From contig NC_068985.1 of assembly GCF_001194135.2 (NCBI RefSeq), positions 82,157,168-82,221,167 of the forward strand: a DNA stretch of 64,000 bases, written 5' to 3'. The notes beneath the pieces were generated by a model, which saw only the letters and a list, made by a program, of their open reading frames with translations, made no database searches and was not told the origin of the DNA. Both the position numbers and the translations under genes were made by a program. Positions 41,103-54,944 of this stretch are shown piece after piece. The stretch comes from Octopus bimaculoides (taxonomy: Eukaryota). Each line of letters begins with the position of its first letter. Positions within the stretch are counted from its first letter, which is position 1.

Positions 41103-42997
41103 TGTAGATAGACAGATAACCTGAGAGATAGACAGACAGTTAAATATCAATAGATAAAGTCTATGACAGATTATTACATGACAGATGGATAGATACAAAG
41201 ATGGGTTGGTTGGAATGGAACAAGAGAGAAAATAAGAGAACAAAGGTGGAGAAAGATGTAGGGGAGACTTAGTTGGAAAAAAAAAAAAAACAGGGCAAGT
41301 AGTTGGGTAGTATTGGAAGAAGGTGACAGATGTTGGAAAGACACTGAATTTCAATGGCTCTGTCAATACAAAAGACTGTACTGAAATAGCTGTGTCAGGA
41401 CTTTCCTATTACTGTCAAAAGTTGAGTTCCTCTCTCTTCTCTCTCTCTCTCCCATTGTCTCTTTCTTGGAAACTAAACAACAACAACAAGCATAATAAAA
41501 CAGCAGTACCTAAATAAAAGCCAACAAAGACTTCACAATAACGATGCAACACAGATCAAGCTTTGTTCTATGTAGCTTCTTGCTCTGTTTCCTAACCACC
41601 AACCACCTACCTTATCTTTCCATATCCACACACACCTACATACCTATTTATCTACAAAATGTGCTCAGATTATCATTTTGGAGGTTTCCTTTCCCTTCCC
41701 TGCAATGATCCCAACCATTTTCTCCACCCTTCAACCATATGTATCTCTGTCACACCCATCACCTCCTGCAACTATAGAAGACATCCAAAATCCATTTGAC
41801 TAGATTAATGATGCGAGACTGAAATCATTATTATGAAAGGATTCCTTATGACAACAATGATGATGATTATTTTTAGACAAGGCATAAAGGCAAGGAGTAT
41901 ATTGTTTTTTTAAGTTAATAAGCAGTATATAACTGGTTACCATAATTTAGAACATATTCTTGTTGTGTATATACAATGCATAATGAAAATTCTGAAAACA
42001 CAACAACTCTCTCTCTCTCTCCTTATATATATATGTACACACACATATATACATACGTAATTATATATGATATATATATATATATATATATCCACACATA
42101 AATATACACAATATACATACATTTTGCATATATATGTGTGTGTGTGTGTATAGGGTGTGTATGTGTGTGTGTGTGTGTATACATGTATATATCTATCTCT
42201 ATATATGTATGAGTAGCTAATTTATTCATCTATAACATGTATGCTTTTTTTATACCTTCTTTGATGGAGGGTAAATTATTTTTCAAGTTTCAAGATCATC
42301 ATTATCATTTAACTTCTGTTTCATGCTGATATGAGTGTGTAGGTGTGTGTGTGTAGGTGTGTGTGTGTGTGTGTGTGTGTAGGTGTGTATAGGTAATGAA
42401 AATAGAAAATAATTTACTCTTCAACAATTCAAAAGAAAAGTCCAAAGGTAAATATTAAAAAAATGTTAATAAACACCACATGTTCAAATTAACTATGTTG
42501 TAAATTGATGACAAAAGATGTTAGCTTCGTCAGATCAAATAAACAATATCTATATTAAATAGCTTTGTTGGAAATATTGTCTGTCCTTCATAATTTATCT
42601 TTTTTTATAAATTTACTTGGTTTAATCATTACTTTGTTGATTAATTTTTGTCTTAAATATATTAATCAAAAATTATTCTAAATCAGAATCAATATATTTT
42701 GAAATTTAATTAATGTTGAAAATAAAGATTTATCATATGAACAGTATACTTAAAATAATTAATAGTGATCGCATATATATGTAGACTGAGTTGACTCTTG
42801 ATGTTACTAACACTTTAACCAAATGCATAAATAGCAATGTAAACACTAGTATTTGGACTACAAACATAAAGGGACATCACTAAACATTGCAAAGTATTTT
42901 GTCCAATACTCTAAGAATAATCTTTGGAAATTTCTTTTAACTGTCCACATTTATGAAAGAAAATTTTTCAAAAAACAAATCTTAAAAATATGCATTT

Positions 42998-43076
<79 letters not shown>

Positions 43077-43577
43077 GTGTGCCACTCCCTTCTTTTAATC
43101 TAGAGAACAATATATACTGAACTCTGGATCCCATAGTACACTGTAGATAAGAAAGAGAAAATCATATCCTCTTTGACAAGCTGATAGTTTATAACCACAG
43201 GTAAGTCTCCCAGGAAATCATAATACCTATTTAGTATCAGTTCAGATTGGCAATGATTAAGACTATAGAAAATTGTTTTGTACACAGAAACAAAACATGT
43301 CTTGAAGACATGATCTGAGTTAGTAAGGGTTTTTGAACTAAATTAGGTAAAAGTTTATGAACTAATCCAGTCGATCATTTGGCAGCTATCTTATTTCATA
43401 GCACATCAACAGAATATTGTTGGCTCCAGTTCTTATGCAATGATTAATCAAAGACAAAGTTTCTAAAGCAGTTTGTAAAATATTTGTGGCATCTGAAACT
43501 ATTAACATATAACAGAAATAAACCTATTATTTGAATATTTAAAAAAAATATTCTTAGAAATAGCTTAAATAAATGCA

Positions 43578-43615
<38 letters not shown>

Positions 43616-43772
43616 TCTCATAAAATCAAATACACATATACACTTATGCCCCTCATTCCTATCTACTGTGTAGCCATCTTTGTATACATCTATTATAAGG
43701 GCCTCTCCTTTTGTCCTAAGCAGTGTTTAATATGTTCATGTATGTGTATGTTTGGGTGCATGTATGTATATA

Positions 43773-43887
43773 TTGCAAGAATCATCTATTTATGTCAGAT
43801 GTTTGTACAAGTATGGCACTGCTGTGTCCAGTACATGCATTGATTATGGCCCCTCTCAGCTCACATTCACTTTGCCTTTCAAGCAAG

Positions 43888-43955
<68 letters not shown>

Positions 43956-44152
43956 CAGACAGTAACTTAACAGAAAATCTGTGTGGTTTAGGTAGAAATG
44001 AATAAACTAGGAACTTTTTTATTTGGAAAGACAAGCAAAACCAGCTTGCTTGAAAGGCAAATGAGTGCGAGCTGAGTGGGGCCATAATCGATGCATGTAC
44101 TGGACACAGCAGTGTCATACTTGTACAAACATCTGATAGATGATTCTTGCAA
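43773..44152. repeat. Inverted duplication: 115/108-bp arms, 157-bp spacer containing (GA)n
   Basis: 43773-43887 vs reverse complement of 44045-44152: 5 substitutions, plus 6-nt and 1-nt indels. Confidence 0.9.
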
Positions 44153-44344
44153 AGTGAAAAAGTATTGTAAGATAACATCAGAGATGGTAATGGGATTACA
44201 GATTGTTCGATTTTACAGATAAAAAATTTACTGCATAAACTAGAGGAGTAGAAATCTGTGATACTGTAAATCTGATCAACCTATACTGTTTGGGAAAACA
44301 GATGCTAAACCAGTAACAAAGATGGTAAGAATGACATAGGAATA

Positions 44345-44720
44345 AGCATGATTGTGTGGTTAGAAGTTCACTTTGGAACCCTATTGTTCTGGATTCAATT
44401 CTACAGCATAGTGCCATGAACATGTCTTCTGCTTTAGCCTTAAGTTGACCAGTATTTGGCAAGTAGAATTTACTAGACATAAACTATACAGAAGTTCTCT
44501 GAAAGCATGTGTGTGTTTTGTGTGTGAGTACCTGTATGAGTGAATATCTATGTTGTGTGTGTGTGTGTGTGTTTATTTGTATCACTTAATGTGACATAAC
44601 TTTGTGACTCAAACTGTGATAATAAAGCAAATACTTGACAGAAAATGTACTGGAGTCAGTCAAAACTTTTTAAGGTAGTACCCCAGCGTGGCGGCCACAG
44701 TGCAATGACTGAAACCATTA
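44345..44720 (+). mobile_element. Old family-B SINE
   Basis: Degenerate head (GCATGATTGTGTGGTTAGAAG) and tail (CCCCAGCGTGGCGGCCACAGTGCAATGACTGAAAC). Confidence 0.6.
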
Positions 44721-44788
44721 TTTGATAAAAAAAAAATCTATATATGTGAGTATGTGTGTCTTTGTATACTTGTTTCTGTGTGTACCTT

Positions 44789-44834
<46 letters not shown>

Positions 44835-47800
44835 CTTTTTCTCTCACACCCCCTTAATATCATGAATATGAACAAAGTAAAGAAACAAACTATAAACCAT
44901 ACTCATATGTCTCAACAAATTGTACAAGTAAGTGGATGTAATAGTTAATGAATATTTGTGAAGATGTGCCAAAATCTAATTGCCACCACTCAGCAGATTA
45001 ATTCCTGATGACTCATCATTGTAATGAGATACTAAGACAAGGCAAGTTTGAATAATCGGAAGTCGTTACAAGGCTATATAATCTAATGTAAAATGATACT
45101 TGTAGTTTCTATTTCACAATTTTTCATAAGGTTCTTTAAACTATAATTTAAATTTTATGTATACATATAGAGACATGTATTTTTCACATGCACACACACA
45201 CACATACATACACAAACACAGACACACACATACATATACACACACATCACACACACATACACAAACACATGTATAATTATAATCATCATTAAGGCACAAG
45301 TTAAGTAACATTTGAGTGATAATGAATATTAGCCAAAAAAAAAGCGTTTGTAAATTGAATTTAATAGAACATTCAATATTTAAGCTTATAATAACTAAAT
45401 TTTAATTTTGGCAAGTTTATTGTAGATATATGAAGATAAGATTATATTAGAAAATACAATGTATACAATGCATCTTAAGTTTATATCTATCTATCTATCT
45501 ATACATATACACACAAACACACACACATACACACACACAATACTATATATATGCATATATGCATAGGTGCACACATGCACATAGAGTCAAAAGTAAATAG
45601 ATCTCTACCAGTTACGATGATGAATATTCTCATCATTTGATCAAATGAACTAGCTATTCATGGAATTATATCAGTAGGTGAGTATTTCACAGGCACTTCT
45701 ATCTTTAATGTAATCCTCATGTTAAATCACAACTGAGTATGTAACAATGTTACTCTTTGGATTAAATGTACAATCCATCCACATAGTTTTTCTCTCAGCA
45801 CTATTTCACTTACAAGTCAATGGATCAACCAGAGGATGTGGTGAAAAAAAAAACAAAAACGTTTGCCTGAGATACCATGTAGTGTAATCAAACATGAGCT
45901 TTCTTGACAGAAAAATAATCATAACTACTCAACTATGCCTACATCCAGATATTCATATATGTCTGTATGATTGTATGTGTATGTGTATATCTATATATAT
46001 CTATATANNNNNNNNNNNNNNNNNNNNNNNNNNNNNNNNNNNNNNNNNNNNNNNNNNNNNNNNNNNNNNNNNNNNNNNNNNNNNNNNNNNNNNNNNNNNN
46101 NNNNNNNNNNNNNNNNNNNNNNNNNNNNNNNNNNNNNNNNNNNNNNNNNNNNNNNNNNNNNNNNNNNNNNNNNNNNNNNNNNNNNNNNNNNNNNNNNNNN
46201 NNNNNNNNNNNNNNNNNNNNNNNNNTATATATATATATATATAATGTGTGTGTGTATATATATATATAATGTATGCATACATAATTTTATTGAAATTACT
46301 TTAACTTATACTGAATCAATAGAAATTCAAGATTTGTTAACCTCTTTGATAACAATCCCCATGAGACTACATCTTATTTCTAAGTATTCATATTAAAATT
46401 AAAACATTCCAGAATATCATTATGTAAAAATTTTCTGTTAAGATAATTACTAAACTTCTTAACAACGGTATGGTTAGTTATTTTACTGAATCCTTCCAAA
46501 TTACTTATTACTTTAAAAATTAACTAAAAAACATAAGCAATGTATTTGATAAGAAATATAGTTATGAAAGGGTTAATTGTAAACCTATACTATAACAAAG
46601 TATATTATATGACATAACTGGTCATATTAGTAGGAATTTATATGAATATAGAACTAATGAACAAATCGAATCGACATTTCATAATCTGTCAATAATTTGG
46701 TTGGTTGCAGCATTGCTACAAAGAGACTTAACACTCAATGGTTCAATCATACCCTAGTTGTAAAAACAATACTCTGTAGAAATATGCAACTAACTTCTGA
46801 GAAAAATAGGCTTAGGAAGGGCCCTATAAAACTGACAAATGTTTTCTATTCTTTCTTACGTTTTTTATTAGCTTGTGTGTGGTAACAATTAAAATTTCAG
46901 GAATAACCAAAGGGAAGCAAAGAAGGTAAAAAATTAGATTAGTCTATTAACAACTTATACTACACAATTTTATTTACATACATGTCTGTGTGAGTCTATG
47001 AGAGAAAGTGAATATTTTTTAAAAAATGACCGATATATAAAATGACATTGATCCAAATCAGTTTTCAGTAGTGAGCACAGCTGCTGAAATTCTTATATCT
47101 TTTGTTAATACATAGATGGGATAGTATATTTATTTATTTATTTATTCTTTTTTTTTTAGAGATTTGAATATGTGTACACTGAGTATATGATGGAATAAGT
47201 AGCTACTGCCCTCAGCTAATGCTAAGATAAGAAGTGTTACATGCCTTGCCAAAATCATATAGCATTATGATGGGGTCACTGGTCTCGCATCTGATTCACA
47301 CAACCAATTTGTTTCTTTATACTAAATAATTTTTTTCTTGAGTAGACAGAAACAGAAAAAAAAAAGAAAAAAAATCTCAAGCAAAAATAGACCTGTTTTA
47401 AGTTATTCAGGATAAAGCATCATAATGTCACTATATTGTGTTCATGAACAAAACACAACATTCAATAGCACGGCCCAGCTAAATGAAAACAGATACCATA
47501 GTGTAAACTTTGGAAGTATCAGGCAGTTGTATCTCTGTAACACAGGTATTTCATTAGTTTGCAATGTTTTGTTGATGATCTACTATTGACAGTGTGATCA
47601 GAAAGAATAGCTGAGTGCACTGACTTTATCAATGTTTCTGATCATATGCTGATGATGGCTATCTCTGTAATATCAGGCAAACTGACTTGAGTGAGGTGAG
47701 TACTTGACTTATGAAACATTTTTAAAGTTATAAGACAATCCTAAAGTATGATTTATGCATTGAATTTGTTAAATAATAAGATATAATTTGTTAAATTTGT

Positions 47801-48384
47801 TAAATTATAAGATACTTGTAAACAATCTGTATTATACAGTGCTCTTTATTACAAAAAGGAAGGCAAAAAAAATATCAAAAAAATGAACTACTTAGAGTTA
47901 CATGAATACACAGTTTGTGAAATCCTAAAATAAAACTTGAAAAATATTGTTAAACAATGATATATAAATGTTTTCATTTTATATTAGTTATGAAAATGGT
48001 TAATTATGCAACTACATTAAAGATGTCAAAAAGAAATATGAAGAATAATATACCCCAAAATTACACCATCAACATATACAATATAAATTCTGTTTGAAAC
48101 ACCTTTCAAACATATGCATTAGCTTGATTTCTGAAAGTTGGAGTACACAATATGAATACACATAACACAGCATTCAGTTCACCAACATACATATAAGGAG
48201 TGTTTTAAAAGAGTTTATCTATGAAATGGCATAAAAGCAATAATTTAAATTACTCTTTGTATAATTTCATTGTATTAAAAACTAGGGATATTTAAAAACA
48301 GTGACTTTTATTTTTACTTAATTAATGTCTTGTAATATCTTTTTGTGACTGAAGCTTCTAATATCACAACAATGATGCTAATTG

Positions 48385-48433
<49 letters not shown>

Positions 48434-48929
48434 ATGATGATGATGATAGGATGGTGGTGGTGGTTTTGCTGTTCCTGCTTCTGCTGATAGTGATAGTAGT
48501 GGTGGTTTGTTATTTAGGTACAAGGCCAACAATTTTGAGTGGAAAGCGAGTAAATTCCATTGATCTTAGTAGTTGCACCAGTACTTGATTTTACTGACCC
48601 TCGATGGATGAAAGTCAAGGCTGATCCTTGGGGAATTTGAACTAACAATGTAAAAGGTAAGCATTAATAGCACACAGTAATTTTTCTTATGCTCTTGTGA
48701 TCCTGCCAACTTACCACCTTAAAATACTAACATAATAATTATAATTCATTCATTTTCTCTTTCCACTGTTCTTGGACAGGTTATGGGGACATAGCCCTCA
48801 GGCACTTCCTCCATAGGATCCTTTCAGAAACAACATATTTTTGAAGGAGTGTGGTTGCTTTGACTGAATACATTGCCTGATTGGTATTTATTTTATCACC
48901 TTCAGAAGAATGAATGGCAAATCAAACAT

Positions 48930-49560
48930 GACTATAATTTAGATTGTTACCTTACCAAACAATGAGGCTTGGATGAAAAGAAAACTGAACAGAGAGGTAG
49001 CAGACTTCAGGTATGGTAAAGTAATTTATCCCAATTGATTTCCTCTGAGTTGACCAATCATGGTTTCTTACATGAGCATAACACTTCAAATCTATACAAT
49101 ATGAAAATTTATGCTTTGTGGGATATGAGTAAGTCATTAAGGACTGCTACTTGCTTTCATGGTAGGAAGCTTATCTCTCTGAAAATACGAGACCACTCTA
49201 TCACATGTCTCCAGATATCTGTTTTCAATGGCTAGATAAAGTGAGGAACAGTAGAATTACATGTACTGTCCAGTAAACACTATAAGAAATAAACTCCAGA
49301 TCAACAAGCTGGTAGTCTACTATTCTACCAAATAATTTTGTTCCAACAGATAGAGAGGAAAAAAAAACTTGTGTAATATACATGCCTTTAAAGAATGTAG
49401 TTCTAATGATACTTTCTCAATTAAGCATAGGGCACTTCCTCTCTATTATCAAAGAATATATGGGAAATTTGTTACATTTAAACACTGTCCAATGGAATTA
49501 GTGTGGTGAGCAAGCAAAATCATTGCCAATAAGAATCAAAACTAAGCAGATGACTCCTTT
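48930..49560 (+). mobile_element. Highly decayed CR1/L2-like LINE remnant
   Basis: Scattered fragments resembling RT motifs (NHGFL, LDKV.., LYYQRIYG); heavily mutated, boundaries uncertain. Confidence 0.3.
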
Positions 49561-49972
49561 TCACTGAAAAATTTAAGAGCTTATGTTTTATTCATAATCA
49601 GAAGTTTACCACCAAGTGCAAAAGTATATAGCAGGCTATAAGATTTTAATATAATGAATTTATAGTAGGAAGATATGTTTTCCTACTCTCATAGCTAGTA
49701 ATCTTATTCTTCTTCTGTTCAGGCCTTTTCACCTTTCTAAATAATAATAGTAATGATAAGAATGTTTCTTTTTTTACTTATGTCCCAACTGAAATAAAGG
49801 GCAGACTGAGATTATGTTGATTTGATTTTATTTCTCATAAGGGAACAGCTTTTGACAAGAAATTGGAACCAGTCTGCAGGATCATGTTGCTGAGAATTAG
49901 GCCCTATTCTATTAATTTGGTAAGGTTAACTATGCTACTACTGCTGATGATGATAAGGATTATGAGGATGAC

Positions 49973-50018
<46 letters not shown>

Positions 50019-50300
50019 TTGATGATGATGATGACGACGATGACAAGGAAGATGACAATCATCATGATAATCAGTTTCAAAACACTACCTTTATTTATTT
50101 TTTTTTTTTACTTCAACAAAAGAGAATTCTTCCATTAATAGCAATATGAATATGGTGCAAAGACAAGTGAATGTACACACATAGTAAACAGACACAGAAA
50201 GTGCAATTTTAAAAAGATCATAAAAACAAAATATATGAACTAAATTAAATTTAAAATGTATGGAAATTAAATAAATATAAGATAAGAAAGAAAAACCTAC

Positions 50301-51782
50301 CCGTGTGAATCCGCAGATGGACATAAAGGTTGCTCTGATGTTTGGTTGTGTAAGGACAATGTGTGCATTTAAAGTACATATCCCCTTGCACAGAGTCTCC
50401 AGATTTACGCTTGTTGTTCGGTCCCTTTCCATGATGCGTGTTTTCAACGTGGTTCTCCAAGTTTTTTTGTCGACGGAATGTTCTTTCACAATACTGACAT
50501 TTAAGATAGTCCTTTTCTCCTCCTTCAGGCGGACTAGTGAATTTGTTAGCAAAGACTGGGAGGTATCGAGCTGCCAAGGTATGGTCTACGGGATGGGTTG
50601 GGAAAGGAAGTGGACCAAGACCATTGAAAGGGGAATGAAGCCACCCATTCAACTTGGAAGTCATCAAAGCAGGGTGTGGAAAAGCAGTATCACCACTGTT
50701 GGAAGCCAAGAGATCAAGTGCATTGTGAGTGAATTTTTTGTGTTCTGGAATGTTCAATGGGGCATGTAGGTCAAGGTCTTTCTTCTCTGGGAAAGATGTG
50801 GACATAGGAATCATCTGTCTGCTGTCATCAGCCAGTGATTTATTGTCTTCTTCCTCAACAATTTTTTTGTCAGTCATTAATGAATCGCTGACATGTTCTT
50901 CTTCGCTTTCTTCACTGCACAGGCTACTGTTTTCCTTGATATGCTGCATCAGGTCATCTCCTTCATCAAGGAAAAAGCGCCCTTCTTTGACATGGTGCAA
51001 AATGTCTTCATTCTCTTTACCAGTGTAACTACTGTCTCTAATCTTACTAATGATGTCCTCCAAAGATCGCTTTCGTCGAGATTTATGTTTATCAGAGGAT
51101 TGGCCAAGAGCACTGGGACTGTTCTTCATTTCAATGTCATCTTCAGCAGAGATTGGACTTGGAACAGACAATGAAGACGAACCATTCTCTATAGGGTGTT
51201 GTTCAGAAAGTACATCTGAAGATGGCATTTCAAGTACAGGTGGTGTGGTTAAACTTCCATTGTGGCCATTGTTCTCACCTAATAGTGATTGCTGCTGCAG
51301 TTGCTGGGGCAAATCAAGTGGAGAATCCATAGCTATATCATCAGGTACACATTGACTAGATGAATTATCTGGGGGTGAAGCTTCTGGAGTGATGGGTCTG
51401 GGGTCATGTAGATTGAGGGGCTCGACAACAGGAGATCCGGTGGGGGCAGGGGGTGATGGTGTTTGTGCTAGTGGCATTGGTCTCATGAGAATCGGCTGTG
51501 TCTGAGATTCAAGAGTGACTGGCCGTGCAGAAGGAGTTAGAGATTGTGGGGTAAGTGGTGGATCAACTGTCAGCTGTCTACTATTGGGAGAATCCATAGA
51601 GAGGGTTCGGGGAGGCTCTATGGTCAAAGGTCGGGTTGGAAGAGTAGGAGACTGTGCTTCTATAACCATTGTTCTAGGTGTTTGTTGGCTTTGGAGGGGT
51701 GTAGGGTTTCGCATATAAGTGGGAGACTCTATGTCCATCATTCTGATAACTTTCCTTTTGATACTAGGCACTGGGCATGGTT
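50301..51782 (-). CDS. Large internal coding exon (494 codons, phase 1/phase 1) of a C2H2 zinc-finger transcription factor; gene incomplete in window
   Basis: The 514-aa ORF 50251-51795 is non-low-complexity. Minus-strand acceptor TTTTCTTGTATGTTTCAG| ends at 51783 and donor |GTAGGT starts at 50300. Finger 1 is CQYCERTFRRQKNLENHVENTH (C-x2-C-x12-H-x4-H, 50434-50499). Finger 2 is CTHCPYTTKHQSNLYVHLRIH (C-x2-C-x12-H-x3-H, 50305-50367), followed by TG| of a TGEKP-type linker split by the intron. Basic patches (RRKRS, NKRKS) could be NLSs. Orthologue not recognised. Confidence 0.9.
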
Positions 51783-52527
51783 CTGAAACATACAAGAAAA
51801 TAAAAAATCTTTAAGTATTTTTTAGTTTCTCTAACTTTGATAAGAGAGACAAAATTTTTATAGGATAGTTCAGATTTGTAAATTATGACAAACGGAAATA
51901 ATAATTTTTTAGTAATTTTAAACAAAAACTTGAGACTGTCCTGGTCTATCTATTACACACACACACACACTCTCTAGCTATCTGTCTGTATGTATGTCTC
52001 TCTCTCTCTCTTTCTCTCTCTCTCTGTCTATCTATCTATCTATCTATCTATCTATCGGTCTACAATTTGTTCATCAATCACTAGAAAACACAATAATATT
52101 CAAAACAGGTTGCTTTGAAAACTGCACAAGATTTCATACAACTTCCCCTTACATGGCAACAAATTGCAGAATTTGAACTGAAATTAAAGGGAAATTATTT
52201 AATCAACACTCATTCCATACCTTAAGAACCCTTACTACTATAGATACAAAACCTAAAATGCTTGATGGGAGGGACTAGCCAATCATACTCAACTGGTACT
52301 CATTTTATCAATCCTGAAAGGATGATAGGCAAATTAAACTTCAGCAGAATTTGAACTTAAATTCCAAGAAGGGATGTCAATTTAATCAACTTTAGTACAT
52401 TACTGGTACATAATTTATTGACCCTGGTGGGGTCTAAGGCAAAACTGAATAGGGCAAAATTAAAACTCAGAACATGAAGATATATAATTAAAAAAGATCT
52501 TCTACTACTACTACTACTGCTGCTGCA

Positions 52528-52595
<68 letters not shown>

Positions 52596-53066
52596 GACTA
52601 CACACACACATACACAAGTTATTTTAATGACAACAACAATAATGATAATAAAACACAATATTCCATGCCTGCTTGCATTAACTGGCAGCTGATTATGACA
52701 AGATGTACTGTTTAGTGAGACATTTAGGCAGTTAATTGCTGCCTTATATCTTGTATGTTGCCTTGAAATACAACTACTGTACTATAACTGCAAGGCAGGC
52801 CTGTGTGATCTTAACACAAATAGGTAGATTATAAAATCAATATGATTTCCCTGTCAAATCACTAAGTACAATTATACAACCATACTGACATAAGTGGGCA
52901 GTGATATTTTACATAACAAATCAAATTTAATTAAAGGTAACTTTCCCTCTCATATTCACAACTACTACTACTTACACGTACACATATTTAAAACTAATAC
53001 ATAAATATACACGTAAGTACATTTCTATATATAAACATATATACATACACATATACAAACATATAT

Positions 53067-53142
<76 letters not shown>

Positions 53143-54090
53143 TGTGTGTACTGTGTGTTTAATAGTTTACAATGAATAGAATAATAAATGAAGATATGAA
53201 ATCTGAATGTTTACAAAGAAATGAAAAGTTATCCTTGAGGAGAAGCAAACCTTTTCATAAACAAATAATGTAAGATGACAATGAGCATGATGATTGTGGA
53301 GGCGGTTGTAAAAATAAAAGCTATAGACAAAATAGATATTTTTCGAATGGAACAAACAAATAGCCTTGCCAAAAAATAAATAATGAATTAAGGGAACAAT
53401 AATATTCAACAAATACATGTAAGATAGAAACAAATATGAAAAGAAACCAAAAGACCAATCAGAGGAAGGATATAAAAATATAGTAGATAGTTAAATTAAA
53501 TGAATGAGCGTATGGATACATCTAGGCATTAATAGAAAACTACTAAATATCAGCATCACTACACTCTGCCATTTCTTTGCTTATATATCTGCCTTAATCT
53601 CACAAACTGTGTACAGTATGCTTCCCTGTGGAGATCTAATAAGATTGAAATGCTTTCACTGGTTAGCTTTAAAGACAAGATCTACTCCATACACATTGCC
53701 CATACTTAGCAAAAATTTCAATTAGCCAGTCTTACTAGAGTTATCTTCCTTGCTTGTTATTTTTAGATTTAAAGTACCCTTACAGGGAATTTTTGTCAAC
53801 TAATTTTATGAATAATTACAGTTCATTGATGGATATTTAAGTCACTATATTACATATATGCAATCCTACCGTATTTGAATTAAGCATATAGAAGGAATGA
53901 AACAATATGTGGAACTGTGATTCATTGTGATTCCTTAATCTATGTCATCAATGGAGTTGATTTTTACTGTGGTGCATACAAATGAGTAAACTTGAACAAC
54001 AACAGCATTGAAACAATATATATAAACATAAGGAGGGAAGAGGTGGGTGAGAAAGTGGGTGTAAAGAAAGAAATTAAGAGATGGAAACAT

Positions 54091-54144
<54 letters not shown>

Positions 54145-54743
54145 TCACACAAGTATCAATGTCCATACAAACAACTCAACAATAAAGGAACAAGATATAT
54201 TAATGAAAGAGACAGAACTGAGAGTGAAAGAAAGAATGGAACAGCAAAATAGAAAGAGATGAAGAGATGGAAGTACATATAACACACATGCATGCAAACA
54301 TCCAGATATGTTCACTCAAACAAAAAGAACATCAAGAACAACAATGAACTAATGTACCCACTTTCTTCCCACTAAAGTCCTAAGAAAATTTAAGTAAGAT
54401 TTATATAAATGGGATACAATGAAATAGAGAAAAGGGAAGACAAAGTGTGAGAAAGAAAAAGAGATAGGGCTGAACATACATATACACATGCCCCACCAAC
54501 ACTCTACACACATGAACAAACAAAACTAGATAAATGCTGCTTGTAATATATGCATAATTTTAATTTTTGCATTAATGATATACTCAGAAACATCAAGCAT
54601 TTACAGAGGAACGGATGGAAATTAATAGATATAATTTTGCATTTTAAAGTTACACTAAAATGATACACTTATTTATCTATTGATTTATTTATTTATTACC
54701 ACCATCATCATCACCCTCATTGCTGCTGCTGCTGCTATTATTA

Positions 54744-54778
<35 letters not shown>

Positions 54779-54893
54779 TGAGTTATACAAAATAGCCCAT
54801 GGGGAAACTAACTGGCCATTCTTTGTTCCAATGTCTTTGTTTGTAAGGCAAATGGACTTTTTGGAAGAAAAGAGATAATACAGCAAATGGACT

Positions 54894-54944
<51 letters not shown>

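Noticed and set aside
47640-47705. Strong plus-strand donor GAG|GTGAGT with a short open frame
   Set aside because: Stop just upstream and no acceptor to define a coding exon
49700-49740. Minus-strand AG|GTGAAAAGGCC as the next zinc-finger exon (GEK..)
   Set aside because: Reads G-E-K-A-stop; poor polypyrimidine tract; no finger follows
50251-50300. C-terminal RFFFLILYLFNFHTF of the 514-aa ORF, and its MYVS start
   Set aside because: Both lie beyond canonical splice sites and are intronic read-through
50305-51786. Plus-strand ORFs overlapping the zinc-finger exon
   Set aside because: Antisense shadows of a real coding exon
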